This document shows positions 1 to 11,044 of a stretch of 64,000 bases of DNA, one piece after another. Source of the DNA: Cyanidioschyzon merolae (Eukaryota). The translations under genes and the position numbers were made by a program. Every line of letters starts with the position of its first letter. The stretch's first letter is position 1. Below the pieces are notes generated by a model that saw nothing but the letters and a program-made list of their open reading frames with translations, ran no database searches and had not been told where the DNA came from. The stretch lies in assembly GCA_000091205.1 (NCBI GenBank), contig AP006487.2, one strand, 5' to 3'.

Positions 1-354
1 GCCGCGCAAAATAAAAAAGTTGCACGGGTAACGAATCTTGTACGCCATAAGCAAACATATGGTTTCCAAGGACTGTTTGCCGCGGTCCACATAGTCTCCA
101 AGAAAGAGATAGTTCGCCTCGGGAGGATAGCCTCCATAGTCGAAGAGTCGCAGTAGATCCTGGTACTGTCCGTGGATATCGCCGCAAATCTTGACGGGGG
201 CTTCGATCTCGAGAAGCATCGGTTGTTCGAGTAGAATTCGGCGCGTCTCCATACACAACCATTTTATTTCATCCTCTGCGAGGTTTACCTGACGACCGTG
301 TCGCCCCCTGATTTCTAGAAGACGCTCAATAATGTTGTCCACATCGTAACCCAT
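1..354 (-). CDS. PP1: Ser/Thr protein phosphatase PP1 catalytic subunit, N-terminal ~118 codons only (gene continues past window start)
   Basis: Reverse-strand translation from the ATG at 352-354 gives [17 protein letters not shown]...[72 protein letters not shown]. This is near-identical to PPP-family PP1c, including the GDIHGQ and GDYVDRG metal-binding motifs. It is absent from the ORF track because there is no stop inside the window. Confidence 0.9.
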   Translation of the reverse strand, partial: MGYDVDNIIERLLEIRGRHGRQVNLAEDEIKWLCMETRRILLEQPMLLEIEAPVKICGDIHGQYQDLLRLFDYGGYPPEANYLFLGDYVDRGKQSLETICLLMAYKIRYPCNFFILRG

Positions 355-900
355 GTTCCAAACGTTGCCCACGAGTGCCGAGAAAACCCCACTGCAACGC
401 CTGGGACACCCTCTTTACCTCACGACGTGAACGGTTGAAGAGGTTTACAGACAGCCCTGTTCGCTTCCGTGGCGACGCAGCCACGAGTGTGTACACGCGG
501 TGCAGATGCGAGCGGAAGTTGGCTTCCCAAGGAAACGGCCAGCAGCAGTGCCCTCCGTTCCGTAACAGTCCTCCCAAATAGAGGCAAAGCACCCAAGACA
601 AGCACACCAGCAAACGCGCTGCCAGACCAGGTGACTATCAGCGCCACCGACCCGAAAGCTGCGTCTGCGCAAACAGTACGTTGTACTGCGCGTGAAGCCA
701 CAGCAACGGTGCACAGAAGTCGTAAAGGGGCGACGCGCGCGCGCCGTGTAGCGAAGACTCGCCAGCCGCAGCCGGCCGGCGACGTGCGCGCGAAATCGAA
801 CGCTTCGCGCCGAGGAAGCAAAAAGAGTCAAACTTGCCCATGATGAACCTCTCATCCCAAGGAGTCCTTGCGTGTGCGCCCCGACGTACAACAGCTGCCC

Positions 901-1686
901 TCAGAGTTTATTTGCAGCCCAGATGCCAAAGGCGATGACCGCCAGGAGCCCCAACATACTCATGACAAAGATGGGTAAATTGCTCGTATCACGGGTGATG
1001 GCTACTTTGCTGCCTAGCTTCTTGGCGAAGCGCCGTTTCCGCGCTCCACACTGAGGACAGCGAAAGGTTTCCGGTTGCAGTTCGAGTGGCATACCGAATG
1101 CCTTCGTCGAATATTCCCAGCCGCAGTCCACGCATAGCCAGCTTCCGGGCCAGATCTCGTAGTCTGCATTCACGTCAATGTCGGCACTTCCAAGCTCTTC
1201 GTATTCATCCGCCTTGGGTTTCTTCCGTCGAGGCCCAATAGGTGGCTGCTGGACTGGCGACTGCCGCGGCGCAGCGCTCGCTTCAACCTGAGCGCCTGCC
1301 GGGGTGTCGTCAACACGCCCTGACAGGTCGTCAGCGCGACCTGCGTTGGCGCCGGCAACCGGACTCTTTCCGTTCCCACTGGACACCGATTTGCTCTCCG
1401 CCTGCTCCGCTGAGTGAGGCACGTCCCCGCCCATGTCTGACCGGTCCTGCCCGCTGCTAGCACTGCACTGAACGCTGAGCCGCGTGCTGCGTGTGCAGAC
1501 TCTGCCCTTTGTGCTTACCGCTCGCGGGCACGTGGACGAAAATCGTTCCCATCTCGTGCACGAGCGTCTTTGCGTGAAACCACTGTTTACTGCATACAAC
1601 CACATCTGACTGGAAGTTAGCTCTGTGCAAACCGTGAGACAAGCGCGTTGTCCCGTTGATGCAGCTAGCGTCGTGCCGCAGAACAC
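901..1686 (-). CDS. membrane-anchored rubredoxin-domain protein (RubA/RBD-like)
   Basis: The C-terminal part reads CVDCGWEY...(about 29 aa)...CPQCGARKRRF. This matches the two rubredoxin knuckles CxxCG(Y/W)xY and CPxCGxxKxxF. It is followed by a hydrophobic tail IFVMSMLGLLAVIAFGIWAA. The N-terminal ~150 aa is S/R/A-rich and looks like a targeting peptide. The true start Met is uncertain. Confidence 0.5.
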   Translation of the reverse strand: MFCGTTLAASTGQRACLTVCTELTSSQMWLYAVNSGFTQRRSCTRWERFSSTCPRAVSTKGRVCTRSTRLSVQCSASSGQDRSDMGGDVPHSAEQAESKSVSSGNGKSPVAGANAGRADDLSGRVDDTPAGAQVEASAAPRQSPVQQPPIGPRRKKPKADEYEELGSADIDVNADYEIWPGSWLCVDCGWEYSTKAFGMPLELQPETFRCPQCGARKRRFAKKLGSKVAITRDTSNLPIFVMSMLGLLAVIAFGIWAANKL

Positions 1687-1788
1687 AGACTCACCCCGCG
1701 ATAGCCGCGCCGTCGAAAACGCCCGTGGCGTTCCGGCCCGCCAACGACTACGCCACTTCGCTGTACTCGAGGGTGCGGCCCACGGAGG

Positions 1789-2760
1789 TTGCGTAGAACA
1801 GAGCCGTCCACGCAGATGAGTGTTTCCAAGGTCTGGCTACTGGTTCCGACCGGCCGACCAGGTCAGCTGTGGCAAAGTCGTGTTGCGGGAGAACCGCCAC
1901 CGCTCACGGACGCACACGTCCACGAGACGCTACGGAGCCTAGAGGCGCAGGGCTTTCGCCTACTCGTTCAAGTGCGTTTACCTGCACGCCTATGCAAAAC
2001 CACGTGCGAGCGAGATAATGAAGGCACTACTGACCGAATGTTTCTCATTTTTGTGGGAAAATCAGGGGAAAGCTTGCTGCGTGGCCAGTCCTTAACGACT
2101 GCGAACTTGGAGTGGCGTTGCGTATTCAGCACGATGGACGCCACCGATGAGCAAAAGGGAGAACTTGGACAGCAGAACTCTCGTCCGCATGGAAAGCCTG
2201 GCCTGCTCGCCAACTTTTGGAGCGCGCTTGAAGATCGTGCCGAGTCGGCTGCAGCTACGGCGCTTGGAGAGCAGTTGACCCTGGGCTCAGAGGAGCCTGG
2301 CGACGATGCCCACCAGCGGCAAACCACTCGACCACCACGTAGTTCAGTTCAAAGTAGCCTTGAGCTAGAGTGGACTCAGGAACCCATGGATGACTCTGCC
2401 GAGGATCTACTGACATCGGACTCAGAAGACGAGGACGCGGTTGTCAATGAAGCGCGACTGCGTCTCGAACGCTGTTCCCAGCAATGCGTGCGTTTCGGTG
2501 ACCCGATGCCGCTTTTACTCTCCGAGCGTCGGAATCGCCAGGCGTCGCCGCGGGAGCAGCGATACTGTAAGCAATGCGGAGGTATGCTCAAATTTGTATT
2601 GCAATTTTTCGTGCAAAAGTGTCTTTTTCTATGTGAGCGACTTGCATTTGCGAACGCTGGACTCGATTTCCCAAAAGAGGTATTCAGCACCGACATTGAG
2701 TCCGCCGACGTCTTCCACTGCGAGGCCGGATGCGGTGCCGCTGAGCTCGATCTGCAGTGA
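1789..2760 (+). CDS. hypothetical acidic protein, no domain recognised
   Basis: A 323-aa ORF that diverges about 100 bp from the rubredoxin gene. It has a DSEDEDA acidic stretch and codon bias like its neighbours. It may be spurious. Confidence 0.3.
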   Translation: MRRTEPSTQMSVSKVWLLVPTGRPGQLWQSRVAGEPPPLTDAHVHETLRSLEAQGFRLLVQVRLPARLCKTTCERDNEGTTDRMFLIFVGKSGESLLRGQSLTTANLEWRCVFSTMDATDEQKGELGQQNSRPHGKPGLLANFWSALEDRAESAAATALGEQLTLGSEEPGDDAHQRQTTRPPRSSVQSSLELEWTQEPMDDSAEDLLTSDSEDEDAVVNEARLRLERCSQQCVRFGDPMPLLLSERRNRQASPREQRYCKQCGGMLKFVLQFFVQKCLFLCERLAFANAGLDFPKEVFSTDIESADVFHCEAGCGAAELDLQ

Positions 2761-4789
2761 AGCTACTTTGTGGAATCCTTGGAAAATTAGTATTATCGAC
2801 TGTGTGGGATCCCGAGAATGAGGATCCCTCACTGCTGCTTGAAACGAGGTCATGCGGCGGCACGAAACCGCCAGTGGTCAAGAGCTTGGATAAGCGTTGC
2901 GCGCTGCGTAGACGCCTCCGCACGAGCCACGACGCTCCTAGCCGCACCAGAGCGATGACGAGGACGCCTTGCATCGGTAATGAATAGTTCTGCTGCAGTT
3001 ACATCTTGCCGTGTACAGAGACTCAGCGGTTACGTCACTTGCGCTGGAGAGCACTGCTGGCGCTCAGATACTCGCGTTTTAGTCTTAATTATCCCGCAGC
3101 GTTTTTTGCTAATCCCACGTCAACACGAGAGAGAACGAACTCGAACTCGCTAACTCGGACGAACACACGAATGTTTGCGTTTTCCGAATGTCATGAATAC
3201 TAGCCTTAGAGGGTTTTTGTGCGACTGCGTCCTTTTCTTCTCTCTCATCTCCGGCTCTCAGTACGTCGCCCTCACCTATCTCCCCAGTTCCCTTGCCAGC
3301 AGTCGAAGGATACTGGAGAGAGCATTCATGTCCCGATTTCGCAGCTTCCGGTTGCTGTCGACACGTTTCGTGCGCATACGATTGTTGCGATGAATTCCTC
3401 GCTTACCTTTTTCATCTTGTTTGCGTACGCTTTCGGTGCGCATTTCGCACTTGCATCAACTTGCTCTGGGAAGGTTCCCGTAAATGTCCAGGACATATCC
3501 TTTTTCACGTGCCGCCATGTGGGGCGCGAACACTCGCTTCGTGGCCGTTTAAGTGCTCTTGATTGGAACTGAAGTCTTGCGTGGATGGCGTCTGCCGTTT
3601 TCGGACTCGGCACAGTAGCCTGTGATCGCACGCCTCAGCGGGGCGATTCACGAGGCGAGTACGCTGTCCGCTGCATGCGCTGGCGCATCTTGTTCCATTC
3701 GGCAGAGGATTTGTGGTACGTAATGTTGTGTATGATGAAACAAGCAGCGGCGGGTAAATCCAGACCGGAGAACCAGTCGTGTGGTATCGATTTGCATGCG
3801 CTCCTTTTGTACAGCTCGGTGACGCACCCGCCAATGACTTCGATCACAGCCATGACACAAGCCCGAGTCGTTGACCGTTTTCTATGCAAACACAAGAGAC
3901 GCTTGCTTCTCGGCGCATGTCCCATGAAAGGCGTCATTCTGCTGCGGAATCCGCTTCCGTCCATGAACTAACACAAAGGAGGATTTTTCTTTCAAACGAA
4001 ATCTATTTTTTGAGGTGACGATTTCAGTTAAATTTTGTGATGCGCTTTTAACAAAGTAGTCGAAGGGCGACATCAAGTCACGTTTTCCATGTTCCACGCA
4101 GCGATTAGCATCCCTGCGCCCACGAGTTGCCTCGAAACAAAGAGATTGACAACATGATTCATGGATGATTTCAGCACGTTACTTGACCGGTAAAATCAAA
4201 ATTGGAGGCTTGCAAGTATAGAATGAATAACAATATTGCTTATTTTACAAACCTTGGCTTGACGGCAACGAGAATCGTCCTGATTCCGATGACGTTACGA
4301 ATTCCAGCGGCAGACTCGAATGAGCCATGCTGCAGTGGAGACTAGGAGTCCTCACTCTACTTGAGGATTTGAAATCTCTTATTGATGCGCTTCGAATGCC
4401 AAACCAGTACATGTAAAAAAGTTCGGAAAAAGTCGCAAGGCAGAAACAGAACGTTCCGCCCAGCACTCCGTGCTAGTCAGACACCGGTTTATCGAGCAAC
4501 TGTACATCCCGCGCCACGGCGAGGCGCGCGTTTCGCTGCACAGAGCGAAATCTGCGATGCGCGGCAGATCGCTGCGGCGGTTATACTCGCGCGCTAATAC
4601 TCGCACTCTTGTACTCGCCCAAGTACACTTCTGCAGTCATACTTGCGTCGTTACAGTTGTGCAGCGTCATTTGCTGCAAAACGGAGGCGATCCTTATTCG
4701 ACGGACTCTGTTGAAGCAACCGCTTGAGGTGTTATTTATTTACTGCAAAACGCGAACACTGTAAGGCTCCAATACTACGAAAGCCATAA

Positions 4790-6283
4790 ATGTCGCGACA
4801 GGTTCAGGACACAATGGAGGGGTTCTTCAAGAGCTGCAAACGTCAACGAATAAACTTGACGTCCACGAAGACAAAGCAGGGCCTTGCGGCGACCGAGTGT
4901 CTCAAGGAGAAACAATGCTCGAGCCTGGGAGCTACACCAGAAGGAACCGGAGCCGGCCGTGCGCCTCAGCGCTCGCCCAGAAGAACGCAACAGGCCGGGG
5001 CTCAGGCTGGAGCGAGTGCACCAGACGCACCACCAGCGGGACGCGCCGTCGAATTCCAGCGCGTTTGCCGAGCACTCGAGACGCTGCTCAGGGACGGCAC
5101 CTCAGAGTCTCTTTTCATCGCAGGGCTCCCCGGCAGTGGCAAGACCTACGTTGTCGAGCGAGCCCTCGCAGCTTTCAGAACACGTCTCCAAGGCGTGCAT
5201 ATCAATCTCGCGGGGATTCTGCGAGATGATATGCTGATCGAGACGCTCGCCAATGCCCTAGCTCCTCCGAAGACAACGGGAGCGAGGTTGCGTGCCAACG
5301 GTGCTGGTCAGGCGCGTCGCCAGGCGACTCGTTCGCTTGGCGCGAACCCGCAAGCGATCGATACGCTGCTTCAAAGCCGCCTCCAGGGCAATCGTCGACC
5401 ACTCTGCCTGGTGTTGGACGAGATCGATCTCTGGTTGACACAGCGTGGACGACGTTCCCTCGCGTATTCGCTTCTAACGATACCAACGCGTTTCCCGGAG
5501 CATTGCTGCATCATCGGCATCGCGAATGCACTGGATTTCACAGAGCGAGTGCTGCCGGCGCTGCGCTGTGCTACAAGCATCGAGCCGAACGTGCTCATTT
5601 TCACGCCTTATACAGCTGAAGATCTGATCGCCATTGCCGTGGAGCGGTTGCTAGAGCAAGGATGCGCTCAAACGGCATCCCGGGACGGCATCGAGGCGTC
5701 TGCACTGGAGCTGGCAGCTCGTAAAGTCGCAGCCGCACATCAGGGCGATGTTCGAACCATGCTGAGCGCCTGTCGAAGCATCGTGGACAAGGCAACAGAG
5801 ACCAGGCCTAGCGCGCATTCAGCGGTCGCCGCGCTGCAGGCAGTGGTCACTCAACTGTACAGCAAGCCTAATGCCAATTCCGTCCTGGAGACGATTCGAT
5901 CCCTGCCGACGCAGCAGCAGATGATTCTGTGGGTGCTCGCCCAGAACGCACACAGCACCGCCATTACACTGCGCGATTTGTGCGCAGAGGCGCGGCGTCT
6001 CTTCACCAAGCTTCGTTTGGATCCCGTGGATCTCTCGACGCTGCATGAGATTTGCAGTATCTCTCTGCGACATCACGGTATGGTAACGTATGCAGCGGCG
6101 TGTAAGCGTGGAGCGCAATACGGCCTCTCTTTGCCAAGCGCCAAGGTGCGGCTGCAGATCGCCCCTGCTGATGTTTACGATGCCCTCAGAGCGACTCCAA
6201 GTTTGCACGCGCTGCTCGGTTCCGCAGCGGTTCCGAGTTACGAAAGCGCCCATGGGCACGTTGAATGTGCACGCACTGCTTGA
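4790..6283 (+). CDS. Cdc6/Orc1-family AAA+ ATPase (replication initiator)
   Basis: Walker A GLPGSGKT and Walker B LVLDEIDLW are present. IGIANALDFTER resembles IGIANTxDL of Cdc6/Orc1. The N-terminus has SPRR CDK-like sites and basic NLS-like stretches. There is no BAH domain, so it is more Cdc6/Cdc18-like than Orc1. Confidence 0.75.
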   Translation: MSRQVQDTMEGFFKSCKRQRINLTSTKTKQGLAATECLKEKQCSSLGATPEGTGAGRAPQRSPRRTQQAGAQAGASAPDAPPAGRAVEFQRVCRALETLLRDGTSESLFIAGLPGSGKTYVVERALAAFRTRLQGVHINLAGILRDDMLIETLANALAPPKTTGARLRANGAGQARRQATRSLGANPQAIDTLLQSRLQGNRRPLCLVLDEIDLWLTQRGRRSLAYSLLTIPTRFPEHCCIIGIANALDFTERVLPALRCATSIEPNVLIFTPYTAEDLIAIAVERLLEQGCAQTASRDGIEASALELAARKVAAAHQGDVRTMLSACRSIVDKATETRPSAHSAVAALQAVVTQLYSKPNANSVLETIRSLPTQQQMILWVLAQNAHSTAITLRDLCAEARRLFTKLRLDPVDLSTLHEICSISLRHHGMVTYAAACKRGAQYGLSLPSAKVRLQIAPADVYDALRATPSLHALLGSAAVPSYESAHGHVECARTA

Positions 6284-6351
6284 ATCTGCAAAGGCTGGGA
6301 ATTGCGAAAGCATCCCTGGGACTGCGCTCCTTGGCGTCTGACGCGAATGCG

Positions 6352-8658
6352 CTAGCTTCGGGCTGCCCGCCGCTGACCCTCGACACGTATCGTTTGCTCG
6401 AGACGCCTTGCCGCCACAGCCAGCTCCGCCGGTGCATAGGTGCGCAAGCGAAGCAGATCAAGATAGAAGCACGTCGAGTGTTGGACGTAGCGATCACGCA
6501 CGCGGGCTGTTCGGGCCTCAGTAGCCTCGAATGCTGGATCGAACTTCCACGAGGCGTCCAGCGCACGCGTATCCCAACCGACGGCCTCCGCGGTGCTTCG
6601 CAGGGTTCCGGTGCTCGTGTCGACCGGAAACAGCGCGCTTGCGTTTGGTGCTTGATCGGGCACCTGGGCAGTAGATTCCTTTCGTGCGGGTGGCGTTATC
6701 GCTAACGCCGTGCCCTGCGTGCCAGTGACCTTCAGCTCGGCCAAGTAAAGATAACGGTCGCGCCAGCACTGTATGACGCGAAGCGCTCTCCGGGCATCCT
6801 CGAAGAGGCCCGCCAGATCCTTGATGCGCTCGTGGAATGCACGCCAAACCATTCCTTCGCGAAGCTCGTTTTCCGGATCGGGGAAAACACATGCACCGTT
6901 GATCGGCGATGATATCGTGTCTAGGTCTACGAATGCCTCGCCTGCAATGCTTCTTTCATTGCAAAGGAGAAACGCCAAGTCACCGAGCGCATCTCCGCGA
7001 CGTACCTCTGCAGCTGGGCTACCGGCTTGCAGTCGGCAACAGCTGCAACGACAGTAGCGATCGGAGCCGCATCGTCGCGATTGCTCGCCGGAAAGCGCTT
7101 CCTCGAGACGCTGCAGATGCTCCAGCGTCTCAGCAACTCGAGTTGCTTCCCGGGCAAGTCGATTGGCGCAGCGTACGTGCCTGTCGACACGCACCTGCAA
7201 GGTTCGTAACAGTTTCTCTTGTGTCTGAAGCAAAATCTCCAAGTCAGGAAGACCCCCCTCCAGCGCAGTCAAGTTGCCGCTTTCGCCGAATGCAGTGCAT
7301 TCCCATCGAGAGCGCTGCATTGGATGCTGTATCAAGCCTGTGATCCATTCATCGATCCGAAGGCGATATTTCCAGTGCCAGAAATGCAGCGCGGCAACCA
7401 AGGCGTGCGGCCTCAACGACGCAAACCACGCCCTCCAGGACGGACCTGAAGGCATCCGGCAGCTTGGTGCGTCGGGCAGCGGGTGCCGTCCTGCAACCGC
7501 AACCACCGGCGGAGCTTCCTCAAAAGTGGGCGCTCCCGCTGCACGCATCCAGCGGAGGTCCTCCGGACACCTGAGAAATGCATCCACCAGGGGACTCTGT
7601 CGCAGAACCGGATGGCTCAGGACGCGGCCCAGGAAGCGCTCCAGGTCGCGCGCGACCTGCGCTGCAATTCCTCTGCTGAACATCGCTCGGAGTTCCAGCC
7701 AAAGCGGAATCGACGGTAACACAGGAATGATACAGGCTGGATGGACTCGCTCAAGCGACGACCTGAGCTCCAAAAAGTCTGCGGCACATCGCCACACGGC
7801 GTATTGGTTTCCTTGCGGGTCCCGCGGTGCCGTATGTTCGCGAACTTGACTCGCCGTGTCCGGCACTTCGAGGTGCCTCTGTCCTCGCCATGCAGCATCG
7901 GTTGGGTCGTTCTCCAGTGAACCTCGACTCGTTTTGGATTTGCCGGGCAGGATCACCGACACCAGGAAGCCCCCTTTCCTGTTCTGACCGAGAAATCCGA
8001 AACATCGCAGGAGGCGCACTGAAAGACGGCGATCGTTCGGTTGCCTTGGCTCTCGTAAAGTGCTTCGATGAACGACCCGCACTGAAGGCGAGCCACAACC
8101 CCAGGATGTCGCTGTTCGCTCCAAGTGTAATCGCTCACCTGCGAAAAAATGCTGCTTCTCGGACATGGCGCTCTGCGTGATCATGGGAGGCTCCATTGCG
8201 CAGCAGTTTGCAACACTGCTGCTGCTGCTGCTGCTGCTAAGCGTCCGGGCGTGAGCTCCTGCAGCGCTCTGCGTTTGCCTTTCGTGACACATACCTGCGA
8301 CCCGCTTCGGATACTCTTCCGCAAACGTGCCTGTGGTTGCTCGTTCGTCAGCATATGTGCTGCGTTGTTCGCCGCTTGCCTCCAGAAGCAGTGCGCAGCA
8401 ACTCGAAGCGCGCGCTCTTGCACCGGCCCGCGAACTGTCAAACCGTTCCCTGTTGCTTCCAGCGGCATCCGCGACGGACTCTCTGGCCACTATCCAAAGC
8501 GTGTGCTTGCGCTTCTCAGAGTCAGGCTTGGACCGGCCGGTGTCCGCTCCAGATTCCCAAGAAGGCGCCGCGGCGAGTTTCGAGAAGCCACAAACGCGAT
8601 GCGCTTCTGAGCGCCATCCAAACTGCATCGAGGACGCCCGAGCGAAAGTCCACAGCAA
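6352..8658 (-). CDS. PX (phox-homology) domain protein, sorting-nexin-like
   Basis: The central segment reads YAVWRCAADFLELRSSLERVHPACIIPVLPSIPLWLE...ARDLERFLGRVLSHPVLRQSPLVDAFL. It fits the PX landmarks R(Y/F)xDFxxL, PxLP and RxxLExFLxxVxxHPxLxxSxxLxxFL. The C-terminal half is helical and charged, possibly BAR-like. Confidence 0.6.
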   Translation of the reverse strand: MLWTFARASSMQFGWRSEAHRVCGFSKLAAAPSWESGADTGRSKPDSEKRKHTLWIVARESVADAAGSNRERFDSSRAGARARASSCCALLLEASGEQRSTYADERATTGTFAEEYPKRVAGMCHERQTQSAAGAHARTLSSSSSSSSVANCCAMEPPMITQSAMSEKQHFFAGERLHLERTATSWGCGSPSVRVVHRSTLREPRQPNDRRLSVRLLRCFGFLGQNRKGGFLVSVILPGKSKTSRGSLENDPTDAAWRGQRHLEVPDTASQVREHTAPRDPQGNQYAVWRCAADFLELRSSLERVHPACIIPVLPSIPLWLELRAMFSRGIAAQVARDLERFLGRVLSHPVLRQSPLVDAFLRCPEDLRWMRAAGAPTFEEAPPVVAVAGRHPLPDAPSCRMPSGPSWRAWFASLRPHALVAALHFWHWKYRLRIDEWITGLIQHPMQRSRWECTAFGESGNLTALEGGLPDLEILLQTQEKLLRTLQVRVDRHVRCANRLAREATRVAETLEHLQRLEEALSGEQSRRCGSDRYCRCSCCRLQAGSPAAEVRRGDALGDLAFLLCNERSIAGEAFVDLDTISSPINGACVFPDPENELREGMVWRAFHERIKDLAGLFEDARRALRVIQCWRDRYLYLAELKVTGTQGTALAITPPARKESTAQVPDQAPNASALFPVDTSTGTLRSTAEAVGWDTRALDASWKFDPAFEATEARTARVRDRYVQHSTCFYLDLLRLRTYAPAELAVAARRLEQTIRVEGQRRAARS

Positions 8659-9352
8659 CTATGTGTGCGGTGGCGGGCACCAGCTTTTGTCGCACGCGAG
8701 TTCCGTCACTGTTGACACAAGTCTTCGTTCCGCAAGAGACACTTCCGCTCTTTCGGTTCGTTCGCAGTCTTCTCGGCTACTTTTCTAAAGGCACAGGGCG
8801 AAATGCGCCCCGTCACCGAGCGCTGCTCAGCACTCGTCCAGAAAGTGGCACCACGAAAACGTCAAGTACAGAGATATCACCAAACGGTGTTGCGAGTAGC
8901 GTCCGCTGGATCCAGTGGAGGCGTTTTTAGTCTTTCAATTCAATTCCTTCGTCTGCGCTGCAGTGCGTAGCAGGAGATCGAAAAGACTAGCCAATGAACC
9001 GAACAGATCGTAGAGGGATTACCTGCAGGAATATACTCGTGAAGGAACAGTGCATGGAGGTCTGCATTCCTCCTTCAGGTCAGTTATGCAACAGGACTCA
9101 GATGGCTGAGGAACTCTGAAACAACCAAGAATACGCGCTCCGCGCCAAAAGCCGATATTCTCGAAGACTGGATGCGGTCAATGGTAGAAAACCACCCGTT
9201 GATCACCTGTTCTGGAAGGAAATAGCGACGATAGTAGCCACCATGGGCGACTCTGTTTCCCACCAGCTTGTTCGTGTGGTGCTGAAAACTCTAGGGTACA
9301 GTCGCTAAAGAGAGTCCGGGTCCACGCATGGCCATCTTCCACCGGCACCAAA

Positions 9353-10313
9353 ATGGCAGCGTTCCTGGAACTCAGCGATCAGTATGACGTCCACGGACGT
9401 CGGTTTGTTTTTTCCCAGTCGATGCGGCTTCCTTCGGACGAGGCGGTCGGTGCGTTTATGGGTATCCTCGGAGATGGCGTCTGTGCTATGTACGAACGAA
9501 CTTTTAGAGAACGAGCATGTCATCAACTGTTCGAGCTGCAGTGGATTCTTTTGGCGGCCTCAGTTTCGCTCATAGACAAGACACATACAAGAGCAGCAAC
9601 GAATTCGTCGAATCACTGAAGACGGTTCTCTGACGTCTTCTGACAACCCTCTGTTGGACAACGTGACATTTCACGATTCTTCTTGCGTTCGAGTCTCTGC
9701 AGATTCTGTTGGAATAGAGCCGCTTTTCATTCCTCCGTACGCGCCGTAGTTTAACGCCATCGAAGAAGTCTTTCTTATCATCGAACGTGGTGATCGCTCC
9801 ACTGGGCGAACCGCTGAAGCGTTCAGCACACCGGGACGCCCGGGTACGCCTCGTCGCTCTTCCGCAAGTCCACCTCTGTCCGGAGACGTCCTTACCTCAA
9901 GGCGTAAAAAAGTGCGTCCATTTAAAGAAATAAAAAATCTGACGGCTGAGCTGGGGTGTACACTTCAGAGGGTCGAGACGGAGATAAGCCAGCGGAGCGC
10001 TTCGGCAACAGATATGCACGGCGAGCTGACAGAGCACCGGGTAGCATAGAGGGCACGGGTTCGATCACTCCTTGCATGGCTGCGTTCCGTCAGAGGCGAT
10101 AAACGCATGGGGTTCGTGAACCGAGAATGCAACGTCGCCAACAATATGAGGCGATGTGTGGCGCTGAAGACGAGACCCGAGGAGATGAAGCGATCCAGCT
10201 TCCTGGGGTGTCCTCGAAGCCTCCAGGTATCCAAGGAGAGGATGAAACGCATGGCAGGGGGCCGGTCGAAAAAGGCTGTGGTGCGTCTACCAGTTGGTAT
10301 TCATTCACCCTAG
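9353..10313 (+). pseudogene. third, strongly decayed TnpB/Fanzor-like nuclease relic (copy C)
   Basis: The ORF at 9353 reads RRFVFSQS...AFMGILGDGVCAMYERTFRE. This parallels copy A, which reads RRTHFQSF...GFVMGIDPGSTRIS/AMVAMPLYDENGIRF. The ORF at 9384 has INCSSCSGFF, a CxxC(G) zinc-knuckle remnant. The ORF at 10107 has NRECNVANNMRR, comparable to DRDxNAAxNIlrr RuvC-III. The pieces are in different frames and widely spaced, so this is heavy decay or a mosaic. Confidence 0.3.
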
Positions 10314-11044
10314 GGTTCTAAAAGTTTTCGTTCTACCGAGTGGAGCCAGCCATGCCCTCTACAGAATGCTCTCGGGATTTGTATGCTCTGCCGCCCAGTC
10401 TCGAGAGCTTATACCGGCCTCTGGTAGTCATTCGCAGACCTGAATCCCTACCGACCTTCGTTTCCTGGCAGCGTCGATCATGTATCTTTGATGAACTTGT
10501 CAAAGGCTGCGGCAGGCCGTCAGAATGCCGTAGGATTCCACTCGAGCAAGGTCGAAGGCATTCGCTCGCACGCATGCTTGCGAAGAAGCTGAACAGAGCT
10601 CGCCTTATCCAGACCACGTATACGTTATATCGATCAATACACTACGCGTCTTCCGTGCATATTGGCCATGCATCATGAAGTGTGCGACCATGCCTCTGGA
10701 GATAAAGCGCACAGGTTTGGTGCTCCCGAAGCCTGCCCCAGCAGAGGGCGCCCCCGGCACAGGCGGAGCTTTCTTTGAGCGCTGGGAACACTTGCACGCA
10801 GTAACGCAGCAAGCCTAGTGTTAACCGTGGATTACATCGAATCTGATCACGCAGTCTGTTTGCACTCTGTATCAGCTTTGTTTCTAAGGGAAGCGACGCG
10901 GGCGTCAGCGGCTCGCTACCGCTACGCAAGCGGGTGCCGCTCGTCCGCTTGCATTTCAACGATCCAGCAGCGCTGTGCTTGCGTTTCCGGTGTGGGAGAA
11001 GCTGGTGCAATCCTCTCTAGCAGACTGAGTTCGTCGCCGTTTGG

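Noticed and set aside
326-891. Four mutually overlapping ORFs (326..613-, 420..821-, 445..891-, 469..843+) between PP1 and the rubredoxin gene.
   Set aside because: All overlap each other in different frames within a GC-rich spacer. This is typical of spurious long ORFs in high-GC DNA, and no motif is recognisable.
10040-10075. gggtagcatagagggcacgggttcgatcactcc, which is tRNA-like (D-loop and T-loop flavour).
   Set aside because: I could build no complete cloverleaf or acceptor stem. It lies inside Fanzor-like copy C, so it may be a relic, but there is not enough evidence for a tRNA call.
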